A stretch of 63,769 bases of DNA from Eremomyces bilateralis CBS 781.70 (Eukaryota), in the NCBI GenBank assembly GCA_010015585.1, contig ML975164.1. The stretch is one strand, 5' to 3'. Below the pieces are notes generated by a model. The model had not been told where the DNA came from. It saw nothing but the letters and a program-made list of their open reading frames with translations, and did no database searches. The translations under genes were made by a program, and so were the position numbers. Shown here piece by piece: positions 57,959-63,769 of this stretch (position 1 is the stretch's first letter; each line of letters begins with the position of its first letter).

Positions 57959-60900
57959 ATGACTTCTCATATGCCAAATGGCGCCTTTCCACCCGGCTCG
58001 GTAGGCACCGCTGACGACTGGTCCATGCCTCGTTACGACAGCGGTCCCTACGCGGCCGCCGGTCCACCTGGAGGACCTGGAGGACCTGGACCTGGGGGAC
58101 CTGGAGGATATGGTGGACCTGGACCTGGAGGGCATGGAGGACCTGGAGGGCATGGAGGACCTCGAGGACCTCCACCGAACTCTCACAAGCCCTATCCGCC
58201 CCCCGGAGGTCCTCCGTTTCCTCAGAACGGACAAATGCACATGCCCCCCGGGCGAGGAAATCTCTACACCCCTCCCGCCTCCGCCGCTGGCTCCGGACGT
58301 ACCTCCGCATCCACCACCGTTACCGACTCACGCGGCCCTCCTCCCGGCCACCCCTCCCCTCCCGCATCCATTGCCCGCTCCAGCATGGGTACCGGGCCCC
58401 GCGCCCCCTCCGTCGCCGGCAGCATCGATTCGCGACGCGCCTTCGTCATGGAAGAATCCCTCAACGAGCACTATCACGTCCTCCAGAACTTTCTCTCCGC
58501 CTCCCTCGCCCAAGCCACCGCCGCCCGCCAAAACGACCGCGCACAAGCCAAGCTCCTCCGGCTGACCCTCGTGCAATTCCAAGAGCTCAGCACCGACGTC
58601 TACGACGAGCTCCTCCGACGCGAAGCCGTTCGAGCCAAGGGCGGCCCCAATGCGCCGAACAACGATATCCCGAGATATCTCCTCGCCAAACAAACCTTCC
58701 ACTTCAAGCGCAACCAGGCCCGCCAGAAGCTGAGCACCCTGCCGACCGATCGCTTCCGCCTGCTGGCCACCGACGTGTACTTCGAGCTGGAGCGCCGATA
58801 TCCTCGGTTTACCGGCGCAGAGATGTCTCGCGCGGCGAGCCCCGCCCCGAGCACCGCGAGCAGTCGCCGCGCGCCGTCGAGCGTAGGGGGTGGGTCGATG
58901 ATGGGGCCGGGCGGGTATCGGGGGCCGCCGAGGGGGCCGCCGGGATCGATGAGGCCGGGGATGCCGCCACCGGGAGCGAATGGATATTCACAACGGGAGA
59001 GCTCGGCGAGTCAGCGGTCGATGGGGGGAGGGATGGGGAATGATTTGGGGAGGCCGTTGCCGAAGACGTTTCAGAGTAATACGATCGTGCCGAATAAGAG
59101 TACGATGGTGGAGGACGATGATGAGCCGAGTGGGGTGGAGGATGAGGATGATCAGATGGATGCGTTTGGGTTGGAGGGGGCGGCGAGGAGGGGAACGGAG
59201 GCGAGCATTGGAGGCGTTCAGGTGGGTTTTTAGGGTTGACTGAGTTGAGAGGTTACTGACAAGAGGATAGAGTAAGATGATCGACGAGTATCGGTCGCAG
59301 ATCACGCAATTGGAAGAGAAAGTCGACGGTCTCGAAGCGAATCTTCGCGAGAAGGTCTCGGAAATCGACGAGCTTCGAGCATTCAACAAGGATCGAGAAG
59401 ACGTATGTTCCACCCCTTTTCTATCCAACATCATCTAACTCCTTCAGGCTCGCGATAAAGAACGCGCCGAATGGTCCAACACCCGTTTTGGACTCGAACG
59501 CCAGATCACCGATGCTCAATCACTCCACGACTCCCTGAAATCCGAAATCGACAAACTCCGTCTTGAAAACGTCGATCTCTCCTCCCGTCCACCCCCGTCT
59601 CCTTCCAGCGACCCGCAAGCTATGGATGCCCTTCGTACCGAAGCATCCCACTTCCTTGCCGAAATGCGTGCCCTCACGGACTCCCACTCCGCAGCCGTCG
59701 ACCGCGAAGAGGAGCTGTTGAAACGCGTGGCCGACCTTGAAATCGACCTGAAGGACTGGAAGACGCGGTATGCACGCGCGAGGACGCAGCTACGGAGCGT
59801 CAGGACCAGCTCCTTGGGACTGAGTGGATCTGGCGGTGCAATCCCCGACGCCATGGCGGCTGCCCGCGAGGAGCAATTCATGCGGCAGGCCGGTGCAGTC
59901 CGCGACGTTGCGGTATCCCGCTGGCAGCTCGCGATCGACGATCTCCTGCGTGACGGACGTGGCGGAGATGCCCGCGTGATCATGGAAGCCGTGAAGAACG
60001 TGGTCATCTCGGTGCGCCGCGTCACGAACGATCTTGAGGCGTCGGACGCGAACAACATGGGACTGATGAATGGGGACTCGGAAAAGCACATAAAGCAGGT
60101 CAACCGATTGAAGATGCGCGTGTCCGCCGCCACGAACAACCTCATCACCGCATCGAAGAACCACGCCAGCGCCGCCGGCATCGCCCCCGTCTCGCTCCTC
60201 GATGCCGCCGCATCCCATCTCTGCACCGCGCTCGTCGAGCTCCTCCGCCTCGTTGGCGTCCGCAAAGCCGACCCCTCCGAATTCGACGCCCTCGACGACG
60301 ACGCCCCCACCTCCCGCGAAGTCCGCGGCTACTCCTCCACCAGCGTCGGCAGCGGCGCCGATAGTCGCGGCTACTACTCCTCCAGTTACGGGAGCACCGC
60401 CGCGCCGACCCTGAACGGCGGGCCTGTCAACAGTGTCAAGCCGCTCGTCAACGGTCACATCCGCAACCTCTCCCGCGTCTCCGCCAACAGCAGCTACAGC
60501 ACCACCAGCGCCGGCTCCCGCGCCTACCCCAATGCCCTCCGCCTCTCCCGCGGCGTCCGCAGCACCCCGTCCTGGGACGCCAACACCCCGCCGACCTCGT
60601 ACCCCGCCGCCACCTACGCCAACGCCTACACCAACGCCTACGGCAACCTCAACGACATCACCGAGGACGGCACCGCGAACCCCGGCACGGAATTCACCGA
60701 CGACCACGAACGCCGCGCCGTCCTCGATCTCAAAGACTATCTCGAAGACCGCACCGCGCAGCTCGTCAACTCCATCCAACCCCTCGTCGCGAGCATCCGC
60801 GCGCGGCCCGTCGGCGCGGAGCTAACCGCGCAGGACGCGGAGACGGTGGCGCGCTACGTGGAGGACATTATCGGGAGCACAGGGGAGATCAGCTCCCGGG

Positions 60901-61257
60901 CGAGGGGATTAGCAGAGCAGGGGGGCAAGGGGGTGTTGGGGGCGGTGGGGAAACATGTGCCGCCGGTAGTGGGTGTGTTGGAGGAATGTAAGGAGAGGTT
61001 GGGGGAGGAGTTGATGGAGATGAGGAGGAGAGGGGATGGGGTGGGGAGGGAGAGGGTACCGCCGGTAGCGTTTCGGGTGGCGAGGGGGACGAAGGTATGT
61101 TTTGATTCCTCTCTTCACTTCGTTTTTACTCCCGAGGAACTTATCTGTGTATCTGGGTGATCGGTGCTAATTTTGCTTGCAGGAGTTATTGCTTCGCGTC
61201 GAGCGTATTGAGAGCGGTGAACTCACGGCCGAGATGGATCTACCGATGGAGATTTAA
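57959..61257 (+). CDS. SPA2: Polarisome scaffold with Spa2 homology domain; exons 57959-59221, 59271-59403, 59448-61094, 61183-61257
   Basis: AQAKLLRLTLVQFQELSTDVYDELLRR, FHFKRNQARQKLSTL..RFRLLATDVYFELERRYP, coiled coil, GIT1-C-like SATNNLITASKNHA..PVSLLDAAASHL. Confidence 0.92.
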
Positions 61258-63240
61258 CTGAGCGGATCACCGACACGATGATTTGCTTTGCTGTCCAGGC
61301 ATTCGAACGGACGGATGGAGATCGGTGTACTAATCTTAATGCGATATTCCAAGCGAGTGCAGCGTTCCGCCCACTTGCGGCCTTCATTAGCGCTGTATTT
61401 AATTGACGTACTGTCGGTCATGGATGAGCGACGGTGATTGGTTGTTTGACTACCGTCTACGGTTTATTACGAGCGAGCGAAGAGTGCATTTGCATTGCGT
61501 GGAGCGCGGGTGTGTGTCGTCTTCTGTCTGCTTCTTGAGGGCCCTTTTCGAGCGAGAGCGAGCGGTTATGTATGTATGGGTGAATAGATTCGGAGGTTAT
61601 GAGATGGGATGATACCTTGCATTTGGGTGATTTGGGATGTCGATTCGTGGTTTCGTGAGATGGACGATGTGTTGATATGTACGTGTTTATTGCCATACAG
61701 GTCTGGATGGACACGGGTTGGGGATTCACTTCATGCAACCCCAATCGTATTCAAGACTTCAATTCATTACATTGTTTATCTACCACTCTATCTCACTATC
61801 TTACGCTATTATCCCACGCCCACCACTGGTGGGGTGCTTTGTGTGTGTTGATCGATCTGCGAGGGTGCTTGGGCCGTCCCTGAACTTGCTGCAAGGAGTG
61901 AACTTGTGGCTTTGCTATCACCTGCATCTCCCAAACCGCAGAGAATAGGTTCGGTTCTTATGGGTGGTTGGAATCCATTGGCAGTCCAATGCGATGGTTA
62001 GTGGCCAGATCGACCTAGTATGTAATACTCATTCGTGAGCAACCCCCATCAAATGACACTCAATCGAGCGACTCACCATCTCATATAGTATCCATCCCGA
62101 CAAAGATCGTGTTCAAACTGAGTTTTCGGTCCCTGGAGTTGGGTTTTCATCTCCTAACAACCGACAATAATTGGGAACTCGACGCACTTTCTGGTCAATG
62201 TTTCTGGTACTGGCTTCAGCGAATTCGCAGCGGGAGGGATTGCTTCGGGCCGGGATCTCCGGGATCTTCAAGCATGTCATCTCCGCAGCTTCGAGAATAT
62301 AAACCATTTCGTATCGTAGGACTCATATATTTCTGGGGGCGCTGGTGCAGTCAGCGCATTTGAGTCTTCCGAGACAATCGACTGCTTCATGCAGCCCGCT
62401 CTGAGGGCATGACCCCGTTCGTATTTGCTCACCCAGCAGTGAATTTGACGGTTATCACGCATTCTCTGACGGGGCAGCCAGTCATTGTCGTCCGCTATAT
62501 CAAGCAGACCAACTACGATACCGCAACAGACATCCTTGCGTGTATGCTAGCTCTTTCTGCGCCGGGTGGAACATGAGCGCAAGATGTTGGTAGGGGCCTT
62601 TAGACGTAGATGTCACTCACCAGCACAGCGCAAAGATAAAATCCTTCACTCCACCATGGAGAGAGAGAAATTAGAGGGATAGCTTGGACCTGGGTGGGCC
62701 CATTGGCATTGAAGATACATGGTTAAAGAAGACGCTTGTGAAGCTTGAAGAGGATAAACAGAGACAAAACGCGCTTCGAGAGTACTTGGTCAAGCTATTA
62801 CCATAAAGAAGGGATTAACTCATAGGACGTGCGCCAAAACGAAGATCTCGTGATGGCCGCACTGATTCCACTGATCCATCACAGATTTTTAAACCTTGGA
62901 GTGCTACGACGTGCTATTCAAAGCTTGAGCGAGCATTCTCTTGGAACACACCTGTGTAGAACTAATGTTAAGGCCTAGCTCGTCTTCATTTGAGGCTTGA
63001 GTGAGGTCCACACCACTACGTAGTAGTGTCGGTCCGCGAGAGCCATAATAGTGGAGCCACTTCATGACTGATTTAGGTACGCTGTGATTTGAGAAAACAA
63101 ACGAGACCGCGGTGTATAAATCTGGCTTCTGGAACCTTACTTCTATCATTCTCAAAAACCAACTATGTTGACCTGTACCGGCTTAGCGATAGAAGCAATG
63201 AAATCTCGTTTTTTGACTCGATATATACATGAAATGTCCG

Positions 63241-63769
63241 TTATAGCTTTTTAGGTGCTTCAGACTTGACTTTGCCAAGACCAGTGATAACAGCAGGGCG
63301 GGATTTCAAAGTGTTCAGCCATGCATGGACATTGGGAAAGTCCTTCTTTAAATCAATCGCATCTCCTGCCAACCACGGAATGATATCAAACCAGGGGATA
63401 AATGCAGTATCCGCATAACTGTACGTGTCATTCACCAGGTACTGATGCCCTTCAAGAACTCCATTCAACACACCCGACACGCGGCGAATTTCGTTGATAT
63501 ACCGATCAAAGGCACTCTGAATATGCTCCTTATGGTGGATCTTGAACCACACAGCCTGACCAAAGTACGGCCCTTGGCCAGATGCTTGGAAATGGAGCCA
63601 CTGTTTGGCATAGTAGTACTCTGGGGTACCAGGAGGGAAGCTGATTGTTCTGTTTTCGTCGTATTTCTCCACCAGGTATTCGATGATTGCCGCCGACTCC
63701 CATAGAGTTATCCCAGTGTTAGGGTCTTCAATCGCGGGAACTCGCCCATTGGGATTGATCTTTTCATAA
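63241..63769 (-). CDS. Glutathione S-transferase (Ure2p-like/GST II type), 5' end outside window
   Basis: INPNGRVPAIEDPNTGITLWESAAIIEYL, QWLHFQASGQGPYFGQ, YLVNDTYSYAD. Confidence 0.93.
   Translation of the reverse strand, partial: YEKINPNGRVPAIEDPNTGITLWESAAIIEYLVEKYDENRTISFPPGTPEYYYAKQWLHFQASGQGPYFGQAVWFKIHHKEHIQSAFDRYINEIRRVSGVLNGVLEGHQYLVNDTYSYADTAFIPWFDIIPWLAGDAIDLKKDFPNVHAWLNTLKSRPAVITGLGKVKSEAPKKL

Noticed and set aside
59516..60779. Antisense ORFs of 264 and 329 aa opposite SPA2
   Set aside because: Shadow frames of a strongly biased CDS; the sense strand carries the conserved domains.
63241..63255. C-terminal KKL of the GST as a peroxisomal PTS1
   Set aside because: It does not match the (S/A/C)(K/R/H)L consensus; too weak to call.

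Overview
Eukaryotic, intron-containing genomic DNA from a filamentous ascomycete (Pezizomycotina). This is inferred from short GT-AG introns with CTRAC-like branch sites and from gene content. The window holds about 21 genes. Conserved housekeeping genes are PEX7, GYP1, HRP1, an MNR2/ALR-type CorA transporter, a C9orf78/Tls1-like gene, RAD3/XPD, CDC25/MIH1, SLD5, RFA1, formamidase, SUB1, SPA2 and a partial GST. Accessory genes are a P450, two MYND-finger paralogs, two 2OG-Fe(II) oxygenases, a germin/spherulin cupin, a dienelactone hydrolase and a CorA-like protein without the GMN motif. There is also the 5' part of an open Tc1/mariner transposase at the left edge and two decayed protein-kinase pseudogenes, one of them FunK1-type. 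The most unusual locus is a secreted VAO/BBE-family flavoprotein (10052-13248). Its catalytic fold is interrupted by insertions bounded by Kex2-type dibasic sites that would each expose an N-terminal His-Gly, and it carries Met-rich motifs plus a C-terminal array of GGHAHGEET repeats, which suggests a processed, metal-binding oxidase. A second notable pattern is a recurring abrupt switch from C-rich to G-rich sequence on the + strand inside many genes, regardless of gene orientation. All exon models were built by hand; no database searches were run.
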